From Dehalococcoidia bacterium (GTDB taxonomy: Bacteria; Chloroflexota; Dehalococcoidia; Lucifugimonadales; UBA3495): DNA of 64,000 bases. Below the pieces are notes generated by a model, which saw only the letters and a program-made list of their open reading frames with translations, was not told the DNA's origin and made no database searches. Location: contig DAOUJS010000006.1 of assembly GCA_034422355.1 (NCBI GenBank), forward strand, positions 12,288 to 76,287, read 5' to 3'. Made by a program: the position numbers and the translations under genes. Below are positions 25,999 through 36,376 of the stretch, piece by piece. The number at the start of each line of letters is the position of its first letter. Position 1 is the stretch's first letter.

Positions 25999-27084
25999 CT
26001 ACCCCTCGCCCGGGCCGAAGAGTTGGGGCAGGTCCTGTATCTCCGCTGAACCCTGTGCCGGAGCCTCCAGTTCTAGGCTCATCCCCGGCTCGGCGTTGGC
26101 CTTCCTGACGTAGCCCATGCCGATGGGGCTATCGGAGCCGGGCAGGTGGGTGATTGATGTCACCGTTCCCGCTTGCTTGCCGTCGCTGAGGAGCGCGGCG
26201 CCCGGCGCGGCCTGCGCGTCGGGTGAGAAATTCAGGCGCACCAGGTACTTCTGCACCCGCTGGTAGGTGTCCAGCCTTGCGATGACCTCCTGGCCGATGT
26301 AGCAGCCCTTGGCGAAGTCTATGGAGCCGATAAGCCCGGCCTCCAGGGGGTTGTAGGGTTCGCCCATCTCGCTGCCGTGGGCGGGTACGGCGTACCTGAC
26401 CCTGGCGGACTCAACGGCGTCGGAGCCGGCTGGGACAATACCCTGGTGAGCCAGGGCTTCCCAGACCGTCTGTGCGGCCTCCGTTGATGCCAGCACGTCA
26501 AAACTGGCAAGGTCCCCCATCGGGCGGCAGATGATGCGCACCTCCTCCCCGCCTATGGACGCCGGGACGTTGTGGTATGGGGCCAGTCCTTCCAACGAGA
26601 CGCTGGCGGCTTCCTCCAGGGCCAGGCCGCTGCCGGGGCCGATGACCGACAGCATGGCCGTGGTGGAGGTCACGTCCTCCACCTCCAGGTCCTCCATGAT
26701 GGTGTACTTGTCCAGGAACTCGATGACCTGCTCCTGCGCGCTGGGGCTGGTGATCAGCAGCACATCCTCGCCCCGGTTGACCACGCCGATGAGGTCCAGG
26801 ATGCGGCCCCGGTCGGTGGTCAGGATCGTTGGCGCGCCCTGCCCCGGCGCAAGGTCAATGACCTTGTTGGTGGAGAGGCGGTTGAGCAGGTCCAGTGCGT
26901 CCTCGCCGGTGGCCTTGAGGCGGCCCACGCAGGAGGCGTCATGGACCGCGGCGGCGCTGGTGATGGCGGCGTACTCGGCGGCGATGTCCGAATACACTGC
27001 GGGGGTCTCCCACCCGTGGCTGTTGCGGAAGATCGCGCCGGTGGCTGCCTCGGCATCGTAGAGGGCAGAGCGTTGCGTGGTCAT
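25999..27084 (-). CDS. GcvT-family folate-binding protein (YgfZ/aminomethyltransferase-like)
   Basis: ORF 25999..27135; likely start MTTQRSALYD at 27084. HDASCVGRLKATGEDALDLLNRLSTN is typical of the GcvT fold. Confidence 0.8.
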   Translation of the reverse strand: MTTQRSALYDAEAATGAIFRNSHGWETPAVYSDIAAEYAAITSAAAVHDASCVGRLKATGEDALDLLNRLSTNKVIDLAPGQGAPTILTTDRGRILDLIGVVNRGEDVLLITSPSAQEQVIEFLDKYTIMEDLEVEDVTSTTAMLSVIGPGSGLALEEAASVSLEGLAPYHNVPASIGGEEVRIICRPMGDLASFDVLASTEAAQTVWEALAHQGIVPAGSDAVESARVRYAVPAHGSEMGEPYNPLEAGLIGSIDFAKGCYIGQEVIARLDTYQRVQKYLVRLNFSPDAQAAPGAALLSDGKQAGTVTSITHLPGSDSPIGMGYVRKANAEPGMSLELEAPAQGSAEIQDLPQLFGPGEG

Positions 27085-27175
27085 CGTGGCCTCCGTGAAG
27101 GGGTGTGTCGGGGATACAAAAAGCGCCGCCTTCAACGTTGCAAAGGCGGCGCGTGCTGGCGGGTGCGCAGGGCGG

Positions 27176-27532
27176 CTATACGCCGAAGGAAGTGCCGCAG
27201 CCGCAGGTCTTCTTGGCGTTGGGGTTGGAGAAGACGAACCCCTTGCCGTTCAGCCCGTCGGAGAACTCCAACTCGGTGCCGACGAGGTAGATGTAGCTCT
27301 TCTTGTCCACCATGACCTTGATGCCGTACTGCTCGACTATCTTGTCGGTCTCAAGCACCTCGTCGGTGATCTTCAGGTCGTAGGTCAGGCCTGAGCAGCC
27401 GCCGCCCTTGACGGCGACGCGAAGCCCCACGTTCTTCTCAATACCCTCTTTAGCGGCGAAGTACCTGACCTTCTCGGCGGCCTTCTCGCTGATCGTCACC
27501 CCAAGCTCAACGCCGTCCATCGTGATAGCCAT
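27176..27532 (-). CDS. iron-sulfur cluster insertion protein (HesB/IscA/ErpA family)
   Basis: 118 aa. GGCSGLTYDL and C-terminal CGCGTSF cysteine ligands. Confidence 0.9.
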   Translation of the reverse strand: MAITMDGVELGVTISEKAAEKVRYFAAKEGIEKNVGLRVAVKGGGCSGLTYDLKITDEVLETDKIVEQYGIKVMVDKKSYIYLVGTELEFSDGLNGKGFVFSNPNAKKTCGCGTSFGV

Positions 27533-27823
27533 CCGGTCCTCCTGCGGCAGAGACTCCCACGGGCAAAAAGCCCAAAACGCTGCCAGTAATTGGGATCATT
27601 CTATGAGAATGGAGCCCCCGGCGTCAAGCGCGATATGACCCTGCATGACCCTGCGGGAACGGGGCGGATTCTTGTAAGGCTTTGGGGGCGCGTGTAGAAT
27701 TGACCCAATTCCCCCAGACTCGCCTTCCGGGAACGGATCCTAATCCGCCGCCTCCCGGCCGGCACGCCGGTGTATGGTAGTCCGTAGCCGGCTGAGGGAC
27801 GACGTTTTCAGAGGAGGACCGCA

Positions 27824-28243
27824 ATGTACGACAAGCCCATGCTCAGTCTGGACCAAGTCCGGCGGGCCATGAACGCCATGCTGGACAAGGCCACCCAAGA
27901 GCCGGACCGCCCGGTGGCCATCGCCATCGTGGACGACGCCGGGAACCTGCTCAACTACGCCCGTATGGACGGCTGCCGCACCAACCCCCAGACCTTCGCA
28001 ATCCGCAAGGCGTACACATCCGCCATGTCGGGGGCTGACTCGGCGGTCTACGCGGAGCGGCTGAAATCCCAGGGACGCACCGTGGCCGACATGGGCAATC
28101 CAAACCTGGTATCGGCCCAGGGCGCGGTGGTAGTGCTGCATCCCTCCACCGGCGCGGTGCTGGGGGCCATCGGCGTCAGCGGGCTGGCGGCCCAGGAAGA
28201 CGAGGACCTGTCCCGGCTGGGACTGGAAGCGCTGGGGCTTTAG
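27824..28243 (+). CDS. GlcG/HbpS-like (DUF336) heme-binding family protein
   Basis: 139 aa. PVAIAIVDDAGNLLNYARMDG and GAIGVSG motifs. Confidence 0.8.
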   Translation: MYDKPMLSLDQVRRAMNAMLDKATQEPDRPVAIAIVDDAGNLLNYARMDGCRTNPQTFAIRKAYTSAMSGADSAVYAERLKSQGRTVADMGNPNLVSAQGAVVVLHPSTGAVLGAIGVSGLAAQEDEDLSRLGLEALGL

Positions 28244-28351
28244 GAATCGTCTCGCCGTCACACTGTCCCACCGTTGCCGGTCCTGGCGACCTCGGGGGAC
28301 AAGTCTCTGATCTTTCCCCCTTGTACAACGGGGGACTAAGGGGGATTCCCC

Positions 28352-29224
28352 GTGCCCAATCCAAGGTCTGATTACTCCAACATATACGAGCGCCCCAGGC
28401 TGACGCTGCCCGGCAACGCCCGCATCGCCGTGTGGGTGATCATCAACGTGGAAGAGTGGGACATCAACGAGCCTATGGCCCGCACCATTCTTCCCGTGCC
28501 CCAGGGCCGGAGCGTGGTGCCGGACATCCCCAACTACGCCTGGTACGATTACGGGATGCGTGTCGGGTTCTGGCGGCTGAAGCGGGCGCTGGACCGCCAC
28601 GGCGTCCCGGCCACGATCAGCCTCAACGCCGCGGTGTGCCACACCTACCCGCACCTGGTAGAAGAGTGCGTGAAGTCCGGCTGGGAGCTGCTGGGGCACG
28701 GGTACCAGCAACGGGTCCTGAACGCCGAGGCAGACCAGCGGGATGTGATACGCAGGTCGATGGAGACCATCCGGGAGTTCTCCGGCTCGGCCCCCCGTGG
28801 CTGGATGGGGCCAGGACTGGCTGAGACGCTGGACACGCCGGACATCCTGGCCGAGGAGGGCATCGAGTACGTCTGCGACTGGTGCAACGACGACCAGCCC
28901 TACCCGATGAAGGTCAAGAGCGGGAGCCTGGTGTCCATCCCGTACACCTTGGAGCTGAATGACATTCCGATATATGCGGTGCAGCACCACCGCTCGCCGG
29001 AGATTTTCGAGCGCGCCCGCGACCAGTTCGACACCCTGTACCGGGAGGGCGCCGACAGCGCCCGGGTCATGGCCATCTCCACCCACCCCTACATCACCGG
29101 AGTCCCCCACCGCATCAAGTACTTCGACATGATCTTCGACTATATCAAGCAGTTCGAGGGCGCGGTATTTATGACCGGCAGCGAGATTCTTGACTGGTAT
29201 TTGGGGGCAAGGGACATCAACTAA
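28352..29224 (+). CDS. polysaccharide deacetylase family protein (PuuE-like)
   Basis: 290 aa. ARIAVWVIINVEEW N-terminal beta strand, and a NodB-like layout with HGYQQ and HPYITG regions. Confidence 0.75.
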   Translation: MPNPRSDYSNIYERPRLTLPGNARIAVWVIINVEEWDINEPMARTILPVPQGRSVVPDIPNYAWYDYGMRVGFWRLKRALDRHGVPATISLNAAVCHTYPHLVEECVKSGWELLGHGYQQRVLNAEADQRDVIRRSMETIREFSGSAPRGWMGPGLAETLDTPDILAEEGIEYVCDWCNDDQPYPMKVKSGSLVSIPYTLELNDIPIYAVQHHRSPEIFERARDQFDTLYREGADSARVMAISTHPYITGVPHRIKYFDMIFDYIKQFEGAVFMTGSEILDWYLGARDIN

Positions 29225-29390
29225 AGGAATGCCGGTGCATCAATGGAGTTTTGTGCCAGAAGTCCCTCGCAATCAAAAGTACCCTAAGAGAGCGTTGCTT
29301 CCCTAATTTCTGGAATGAAACGCTACTTCTGCCAGCCTGTAAGGATGCCAACTCGCAGGGGAAACTCCATCGGCCCAAATCGCTTACCGG

Positions 29391-30185
29391 CTACACGATG
29401 TAGCGGCCCCCGACCACGTTGAGCCTGTCGCCGGTGATGTAGGCCGACTCGTCGGAGGCGAAGAACAGGCAGGCGTTGGCTATGTCCTCCACGGTTCCCT
29501 GGCGGCCTAGGGGAATGCCCCTCGCGCGCTCCGGGGAACCCCTGGGGACTCCCTGCATATCCGGGTACCATTCCGGGTGCAGCCGCTCGGTATCGGTCGA
29601 TCCCGGGTTCACCAGGTTGGCCCGGACGTTGTAGGGGGCCATCTCGGCGGCTATGGCCCGGATGAGGCCCAGCAGCCCGGTCTTGGCGGTGGTCACCAGC
29701 GCGGTGTCCGGCCTGCCCGTTATCGCCGCCTGGCCTCCCAAAGCCACGATGCTCCCTGCCCGGCGTTCCATCATCCCCGGCAGCACTGCCCGGCAGAGAT
29801 AGAAGGCCGAGTGCAGGTTGACGCCCATGACAGTGTGCCACTCGTCGTCGGTTATCTCCAGGATAGGCCGGTGGGGGCGAATGGCGACGTTGCTGACCAG
29901 CACGTCAATCTTCCCCAGGGCATCGATGCCCTCTTCGACCATCGCGCTCGCCCTGGCCGAGTCAGCGACGTCTCCCATGACGGTGTGGGTCCTGACGCCG
30001 AACTCGCGGCACTGCCCCGCCACACCCTCGAGTTCCTCGGCACTGCTGCGAGTGTTAAGCACCAGGTCAGCGCCCTCCCTGGCAAACGTCAATGCGATTT
30101 CGCGGCCTATGTTCCGGCTCGCGCCCGTTATCATTGCGGTCTTGTTTTCCAGCCTCAACAGGTTACCTCCGGGTGTAATTCTCAA
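29391..30185 (-). CDS. SDR-family oxidoreductase
   Basis: 264 aa. TGASRNIGREIA cofactor motif, NVA and classical SDR layout. Confidence 0.9.
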   Translation of the reverse strand: MRITPGGNLLRLENKTAMITGASRNIGREIALTFAREGADLVLNTRSSAEELEGVAGQCREFGVRTHTVMGDVADSARASAMVEEGIDALGKIDVLVSNVAIRPHRPILEITDDEWHTVMGVNLHSAFYLCRAVLPGMMERRAGSIVALGGQAAITGRPDTALVTTAKTGLLGLIRAIAAEMAPYNVRANLVNPGSTDTERLHPEWYPDMQGVPRGSPERARGIPLGRQGTVEDIANACLFFASDESAYITGDRLNVVGGRYIV

Positions 30186-30278
30186 GTCTTGGGCAGACTA
30201 TCACCCTTGCCGCACGCGGGCAACAGCGGCGATGAGGTGCAAAATAAAGAGGAAGGTGGACTCAGGTATAGGGCAGGA

Positions 30279-31409
30279 CTATGCGGAAATGCTGTTCAAC
30301 CAGACCAGCATGGCCGCGCCCAGCATACCCCCTGCACCCTGTAGTCTGCTGAGTTCAAAGCGGAACTCGCGGTGCCTGCCGCTCATGGCGCGGTCAAGCA
30401 TCAGGGAGTGGATGCGCGGCATCAGGTCCAGTTCCTGGATGCCGTCGGAGACGCCGCCGCCGAGCACCAGGACATCCGGGTTGTAGAGGTGGAGGACGTT
30501 GGTGAGCCCTACGCCAAGTACGGCCACCAGACGGTCGATTATGCCAAGTGCCAAGGAATCGCCCTGAGCTGCGGCCTGGAACACGTGCCCGGAGGTCACG
30601 TCTTCGGGGCGCTCCCTTGCCAGGACGGATGCCGCGCCGCTTGCCTCCGCCAACCTCTCCCGCGCCATTCGCGCTATAGCCGTGCCCGAAGCCAGGGATT
30701 CCAGGCATCCCCGGCTGCCGCACTGGCAGAGGGGGCTGTCCGGTCCCGATTCTATGGCCATGTGGCCGACCTCGGCGGCCATTCCGCCGGCTCCCAGAAA
30801 CACCTGTCCCCTGTAGACGACGCCGCCTCCTACGCCCGTGCTTATGGTCAGGTACACCAGGGTCTTGGGAAGGGCTGATGCCTCCCCGCTGGTAGCATTG
30901 GGGTCTCCCGGGTTCGTTCGTCCCGCCCCGAAGTAATACTCGCCAAGGGCTGCCAGGTCGGCGTCGTTGCCCACCCATACCGGGAGCCCGAACAATGGCT
31001 CCCACAGGGCTTTCAGGGAAACGCGGTCCAGCAGCATCAGGTTGGGAGGGCGGTCCATGATTCCCGTTTCCGGGTCAATAGGCCCCGCCATTGCCAGTCC
31101 GATACCCCGGATTGTACAAGGCTGGGGGCGGTCGCCGCACCAAGCAAGGGCCTCGCGCATGACCCTTTCGCCGTTGGCCAGCAGTTCTTCAGTGGTCCGG
31201 GACAGGCTGTTGGCGACGCGGTTCTCCCAGTGGACCGTGCCGTTCCGGTCCACGACGTTCACCCGGTTCCATGTGCCCCCCCAGTCTACGGCGACGACAA
31301 ACTCCGGTCCCACCGGGGGATGGACCCTATCCGCCATTCCGTCCGAACCCGCCTGGTCCCGCTCATTGGGGCCGGCGTGGCGGGGTGGGGCGGTGTTTTC
31401 AGCAGTCAT
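30279..31409 (-). CDS. ROK-family sugar kinase/regulator (glucokinase-like)
   Basis: 376 aa. VAVDWGGTW ATP motif, GNDADLAALGE, and ROK Cys cluster CQCGSRGCLE. Confidence 0.85.
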   Translation of the reverse strand: MTAENTAPPRHAGPNERDQAGSDGMADRVHPPVGPEFVVAVDWGGTWNRVNVVDRNGTVHWENRVANSLSRTTEELLANGERVMREALAWCGDRPQPCTIRGIGLAMAGPIDPETGIMDRPPNLMLLDRVSLKALWEPLFGLPVWVGNDADLAALGEYYFGAGRTNPGDPNATSGEASALPKTLVYLTISTGVGGGVVYRGQVFLGAGGMAAEVGHMAIESGPDSPLCQCGSRGCLESLASGTAIARMARERLAEASGAASVLARERPEDVTSGHVFQAAAQGDSLALGIIDRLVAVLGVGLTNVLHLYNPDVLVLGGGVSDGIQELDLMPRIHSLMLDRAMSGRHREFRFELSRLQGAGGMLGAAMLVWLNSISA

Positions 31410-31988
31410 CTAACCCGACGCCCCTGCAACGTTTTCGGCGAGCAACTCATCGAGGATGGAGCGCAGGCGCCCCGCGTTCATGGGACCCACGAACCGCTTG
31501 ACGACGCGCCCTTCCCGGTCGATGAAGAACTTCTCGGGTATGCCCGTCACCCCGTAGTCTATGGCTATCTGCCCATCGCCGTCTATCCCATTGGGGTAGG
31601 GTACGCTGTACTCATCGACGTGAGAGCGCACGTCGTCGTCCCGGTCCCAAATGGAGATTCCGATGAACTGCACAGGCTTGCCCTCGTATTCGCCGTAGAC
31701 TTGGGACAGGACCGGCGCTTCGGCGCGGCAGGGAGGGCACCACGAGGACCAGAAATCGAGCATTACCACCTTGCCCCGCATTCCTGACAGGGATACAGGG
31801 CCACCCTCCAGTGTTTCCAGGGAAAAGTCCCTGGGAGTGTCCAGCAGAACCTCTACCTGGCCCAATTCGGTGTTGACCCCAAAGCCGCCGGGAACGCCAC
31901 CGGACTTGACCGATGCCCACGTGAGCAGGGCCAGCAGGCCCAGTACAGGGACCGCTGTGCCGACCAGAAGCCAACCGCGCTTGCCCAA
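31410..31988 (-). CDS. TlpA/ResA/CcmG-like thiol:disulfide oxidoreductase
   Basis: 192 aa. N-terminal anchor, WSSWCPPCRAE thioredoxin active site. Confidence 0.85.
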   Translation of the reverse strand: MGKRGWLLVGTAVPVLGLLALLTWASVKSGGVPGGFGVNTELGQVEVLLDTPRDFSLETLEGGPVSLSGMRGKVVMLDFWSSWCPPCRAEAPVLSQVYGEYEGKPVQFIGISIWDRDDDVRSHVDEYSVPYPNGIDGDGQIAIDYGVTGIPEKFFIDREGRVVKRFVGPMNAGRLRSILDELLAENVAGASG

Positions 31989-32002
31989 GACCGTTCCAGT
32001 GC

Positions 32003-33232
32003 CTATTCCGCGGTTCTGCCGGCAGCGGGTTGGGCTTCGTCGGCGTCGGCGGTTCTTCCTCTGTCCAGGAACCGGCCCTTCAGCGTCTGGCGTACGCTCT
32101 GGTACTCGGATTCGTCCACGTCTCCCCGGCTATAGCTGTCGTCCAGGGCGGCGATTTCGTGGATGAGAGAGTCCCGGTCTGCCGGGCTCGGGGCCGCTGG
32201 GTCAGTTACGGCGCGCCGGCCCGAGGGTCGGAGTCCGCCCCAGGCCAGCAGACTGGCAAGGACCACGCCCAGGATGGCGGGGATGGCCCCCTGCCAGAGT
32301 GCCTCGCTGCGTGCCCACTTCTCCAGGCGCGTCAGTATCCCGGGCTGGGGGAGGCCGGACAGGGTGACCATTATCTCTTCGCTGCGGGCCAGGTCTCTCG
32401 CCTCCCAGGCGTCGTACACCGTGCCGTCGAGGTTGGGTGACGCCACCCGCTTCAGGGGGGCTACGTCGAGTCCACGCAGCCGGTCCGGGACCAGGACCTG
32501 GAAGATGTCCGCGCCCTGGTGGAATGCCTGGCGGTAAGTTAGTGAGTCGCCCTGGTAGGGAATCTTGTAGGAAAACTCCAGGTTGTGCTGTCCGGGAGTG
32601 ACCTGGGATGTGACGGCGAAGCCGGTGCCCACGGATACGATGTCGCCTCCCGGCATGTCCGATTGCAGTCCCAGGGTCTCGGCCAGCGGCGGCAGGGAAA
32701 AGCGGAGGAAGCTCATCTGGGCGGGAACGGACAGGTCCGGCTGGAGGGTGCGGTCGCTGCCGTTGACCAGGGTCACGAAGTCTATTAGGGTGACTTCCCG
32801 CTCGGTGGGGTCAACGCCGGCCACCACGCTCAGATGGTGGGTGACTTTGATCACCGTGGCATCGGTGGTGGTCTCGTATATGTTCAGTACAACGTTGCCG
32901 GACAGTTCTTCCAGGGAGAAGGCTTGAGTGTACAGTGCGCCGGAGTGGTTGACGGCCAGGGCGTAGCGGGCATCAGGCACGGCGGGCAGCCCGGCAAGCT
33001 CGAAGCTGCCTTCATCGTCAACCTGGGCGAGAGAAGTGCCGAGGACGCCGCCGCCGGCCCCGGTGACCAGCGCGAGCACCTGAACTTCCCTGGGAAGGTC
33101 CGCTCCCTCGGTGCCGTTCACGACCGTACCGGCAATCGTCAACGGCGCCTGGGCGGCAATGCTGGCAGTCCCATACAGAACAACGCCCAACGCAAGGGAC
33201 AAAACCACGAGCAATGCACGCAGCGGTCTCAT
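32003..33232 (-). CDS. membrane protein with signal peptide, Ig/carboxypeptidase-regulatory-like N-domain and CcmI-like cytoplasmic tail
   Basis: ORF 32003..33328; start MRPLRALLVVLSLALG at 33232, which gives a 4-nt (ATGA) overlap with the upstream gene. A TM helix (AIPAILGVVLASLLAWGGL) is followed by IHEIAALDDSYSRGDVDESEYQSVRQTLKGRF. Confidence 0.55.
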   Translation of the reverse strand: MRPLRALLVVLSLALGVVLYGTASIAAQAPLTIAGTVVNGTEGADLPREVQVLALVTGAGGGVLGTSLAQVDDEGSFELAGLPAVPDARYALAVNHSGALYTQAFSLEELSGNVVLNIYETTTDATVIKVTHHLSVVAGVDPTEREVTLIDFVTLVNGSDRTLQPDLSVPAQMSFLRFSLPPLAETLGLQSDMPGGDIVSVGTGFAVTSQVTPGQHNLEFSYKIPYQGDSLTYRQAFHQGADIFQVLVPDRLRGLDVAPLKRVASPNLDGTVYDAWEARDLARSEEIMVTLSGLPQPGILTRLEKWARSEALWQGAIPAILGVVLASLLAWGGLRPSGRRAVTDPAAPSPADRDSLIHEIAALDDSYSRGDVDESEYQSVRQTLKGRFLDRGRTADADEAQPAAGRTAE

Positions 33233-33702
33233 TCCTCGCTGACTCCGCTTTGTTGGGTTATGGCGGTGGACCGGGACTGCCCGCACGCAGGACAGGGTTT
33301 GCCTTCTCCGGGCAACGGCGCGCCGCACCCTGCGCAGTCTGGCACAGCTCCGTTGACCCCGTTGGATGACAGGCGGGCCAGGAGCACTTGCCGTTCCAGG
33401 TCTTGCTCCGGGTTCACCGTCCGCGACTCGTCGATGCGACGGAGCAGGGACGCCGCCTCCAGCCTGTAGGCCAGCAACTGCTCCCGATAGACGTCCTCCG
33501 GGACATTGCCCACTTGATGTTCCAGTTGCAGCGTTTGTATGGAGTCCAGCAGGGACTCCAGTTCAGCGTAGCTAGTCGCGGTATCTGAATTGGTCGCACC
33601 GGCATCGTCGGAAGACCCGCGGCGCAGGAACGGATGGAGGACGGCGATGACGCAGAGAAAAGCCAGCATCCCGGCCACCACAAGCATGATCGGCTCAACC
33701 AT
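33229..33702 (-). CDS. small membrane protein with CcmI-like helix and C-terminal zinc ribbon
   Basis: 157 aa. N-terminal TM, LQLEHQVGNVPEDVYREQLLAYRLEAASLL, C-terminal CAGCG...CPACG. Confidence 0.5.
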   Translation of the reverse strand: MVEPIMLVVAGMLAFLCVIAVLHPFLRRGSSDDAGATNSDTATSYAELESLLDSIQTLQLEHQVGNVPEDVYREQLLAYRLEAASLLRRIDESRTVNPEQDLERQVLLARLSSNGVNGAVPDCAGCGAPLPGEGKPCPACGQSRSTAITQQSGVSEE

Positions 33703-33786
33703 TTGAGATACGGATCCTCAGCGAGTGTAGCGGCCCCGGACCGTGTTGAGGAGCCGCGGTTTTGATGTCGTTCCTGCCGTGTCCAA

Positions 33787-35796
33787 TCAGGCCGTTCCCG
33801 GCCCGGCTGTCTGGGTCTGAGGGCTTGGGACGGTGAGCAGTGATGGCGACCTGACCGGAATCCTGGCGGGTTGCGGCCAGAGGGCGATGAGCGTACCCAA
33901 GACCATCACCGGCCCGGCGACCCACATCCACCAGATAAGAGGGTTGACCAGAATACGCACCCCTACGCTGCCATCCGCCATGTTCTCGCTGGGCACCACG
34001 TACAGGTCTTCCACGGGAGTCGAGTGGATGGCAGCCCGGGTCGAGGCCATGTTGAAGGAAGGATAGAAATGCCGGCCCGGTTCCATGAAGTAGGCAAACT
34101 CCCCATTCTTGTAGACCTCGAACCGGGATAGGTATTCGGTCCGGTTGCCTTTGAACTCTTCCGTAGTGCCAAGGTAGCGGACCTGGTACTCACGCACTGT
34201 CGCGCTCTCCCCCGGCGCGAGGGCCACGTCCCGCTGGATGTTGAAGAAGGACGTGCCGACCACGCCCAGGGCCACCATGACCACGGCGAGATGGACTATG
34301 TAGCCGCCGTAGCGCGGGCGGTTGCCCCAAACCAGGTGGACGAAGGCGGCGGCGTGGTTTTCTCCCCGCGCTTTGGCGGTTGAACGTGTGCCCCTTGCCC
34401 AGTCCTGTAAGACGCCCGTGGTTACCATAGCGGCCAGGGCGAACCCGGCCAAAGCGTAGGGCTTCCAAATTCCCACTGCCAGGAGGACAATGATCACTGT
34501 CGCAGCGGCAATGGACGGGACCACTAGCGAGCGGCGTATGGCGTTCCACGTGGCCTGACGCCAGGGCAGCATTGGCCCTACGCCCATGAGGAAGATGAGG
34601 GCCAGGAAGATGGGGCCGTTTACCTGGTCGTAGAAGGGCCGGGCCAGGGTGACCTCCTCTCCGGTGAAGAGCTGTGATAGCAACGGATATACCGTGCCCC
34701 ACAACGTCACGAAGGCGATGGCCAGCAGCAACAGGTTGTTAATCAGGAACGCCGCTTCCCGCGACAGCATTGAGTCCAGGTCCCGGTCACTCTTGAGACG
34801 GTTGTAACGCCAGAAGAATACCGCGAATGGCACGATAACGCCCACAGCCATGAATAGGAGGAATATCCAGCCCAGGGTAGACGCTCCAAATGAATGGACG
34901 GAAGGAACGGAGCCTCCCCGGTTCATAAACATCCCGTAGAGGGCCAGTCCGAAAGCCACGTTAATCAGCACGATGTTCCACATGCGAAACATGCCCCGGC
35001 GTTTCTGCACCATGACCGAGTGGATGAAGGCGGTGAGACCGAGCCAGGGCATCAGGGCCGCGTTTTCCACCGGGTCCCAGAACCAGTAGCCACCCCATCC
35101 CAGGATGGTGTAGGCCCACCAGGAGCCGAGGAGCAGGCCGCAGGCCAGCAAGGCCCAGGAGATGATCCCCCAGAGCCGCGCCGCGTCGAGCCATTGGTCG
35201 CCGGTCTTGCCCCCGATCAGGGACCCCATGACGAAAGCGAGGGGGATGGACGTTGCGACAAGACCTGCCATCAATGCCGGAGGATGGAAGAACATGCCAA
35301 AGTGGGTCAGAAGGGGATTTATTCCCTCTCCGTCCATGGGAATGAATGGCAGTTTGTCGAAGGGGTTGGCCATGAACCCGATGACGGCCAGGAAGAAGGT
35401 CAACACCACCATCAATACCCCGGTGGTATAGGGAAGGGTCTCTCGTGTTGCGGCAGGGGCGCGCCAGATGGCAATTGAAGCCATGATCGACAGCACGAAG
35501 GCTATGTATAGCAGGGAGCCTTCATTCCCCGCGTAGAACGCTACCCAGGTGAAGTGGTCTTCCATTGCTATATCGCTGTGGGCTGCGACATAGGCAACCT
35601 CGAAGTCCCGGTTGATGAAGAGAGTAACGAGGCTTAGGGTGGCAACGGTCAATGCCAGCACGGTGAGGTGAGACGCCCGTTGCGCGCTGACCACCAGTTC
35701 CGGGGAACCCCTCAATTTACCCAGCACCGAGCCGAAGGCTCCGTATGAGGCTAGGGCCAGGGCGATCCACACGCACATTGCTCCCAGGTCAGCCAT
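33787..35796 (-). CDS. ccmF: cytochrome c-type biogenesis heme lyase CcmF
   Basis: 669 aa polytopic protein. WWD-type motif WGGYWFWDPVENAALMPWL. Confidence 0.9.
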   Translation of the reverse strand: MADLGAMCVWIALALASYGAFGSVLGKLRGSPELVVSAQRASHLTVLALTVATLSLVTLFINRDFEVAYVAAHSDIAMEDHFTWVAFYAGNEGSLLYIAFVLSIMASIAIWRAPAATRETLPYTTGVLMVVLTFFLAVIGFMANPFDKLPFIPMDGEGINPLLTHFGMFFHPPALMAGLVATSIPLAFVMGSLIGGKTGDQWLDAARLWGIISWALLACGLLLGSWWAYTILGWGGYWFWDPVENAALMPWLGLTAFIHSVMVQKRRGMFRMWNIVLINVAFGLALYGMFMNRGGSVPSVHSFGASTLGWIFLLFMAVGVIVPFAVFFWRYNRLKSDRDLDSMLSREAAFLINNLLLLAIAFVTLWGTVYPLLSQLFTGEEVTLARPFYDQVNGPIFLALIFLMGVGPMLPWRQATWNAIRRSLVVPSIAAATVIIVLLAVGIWKPYALAGFALAAMVTTGVLQDWARGTRSTAKARGENHAAAFVHLVWGNRPRYGGYIVHLAVVMVALGVVGTSFFNIQRDVALAPGESATVREYQVRYLGTTEEFKGNRTEYLSRFEVYKNGEFAYFMEPGRHFYPSFNMASTRAAIHSTPVEDLYVVPSENMADGSVGVRILVNPLIWWMWVAGPVMVLGTLIALWPQPARIPVRSPSLLTVPSPQTQTAGPGTA

Positions 35797-36376
35797 TACG
35801 TTCCTCTGCAGCGGGAGCGTTTTCGGCTATGCTTGAGGAGTCGTCCATGGATAGACCGCGGTCTACTTCTTCCAAGTACGGCTGCAGGTCCTCGTCCTCC
35901 TGTTGTACAGCTTGCACGTCTGCTGAGGGACGCTTCATGGAGCGCAGAATTACCAAGCCGATGGCGGTGCCCAGCAGCACCGAGCCTATGGGGAGCACCC
36001 AGGCCCAGATATGTGCGCCTCTCTTGGGAGGCGCGGCCAGCACCTTTGGCCCGTACCGTTCCTCGAAGTAGTCCAGGACCTCCTGGCGCGTGTAGCCCTC
36101 GGCCAGCAGTTCCCGCACCTTCTGGCGCATCTGCCGGGCCAATTCCACCTGCGCCTGGTCTATGGACTCGGCGGGGCAGACCGGACACATGAGCATCCGG
36201 TCGATACTTTGGGCCTCTTCCTCATTGTAGGAACCCATGACCGGGCCGCTGGTAGGCGGGGTTGCGTCCTGGGTAAGGCCGATTGACGGACGAACAGCCA
36301 GAGTCAAAAGCGCGATAGCTGTGAACAGGGCGGCTAACGCTACCGGGAATCTCTTGAATGAGCGAGAGTTCAACAT
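35789..36376 (-). CDS. ccmH: cytochrome c-type biogenesis protein CcmH/NrfF
   Basis: ORF 35789..36445; likely start MLNSRSFKRF at 36376. LMCPVCPAESIDQ (CxxC) motif and a C-terminal TM. Overlaps the ccmF start by 8 nt. Confidence 0.8.
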   Translation of the reverse strand: MLNSRSFKRFPVALAALFTAIALLTLAVRPSIGLTQDATPPTSGPVMGSYNEEEAQSIDRMLMCPVCPAESIDQAQVELARQMRQKVRELLAEGYTRQEVLDYFEERYGPKVLAAPPKRGAHIWAWVLPIGSVLLGTAIGLVILRSMKRPSADVQAVQQEDEDLQPYLEEVDRGLSMDDSSSIAENAPAAEERNG

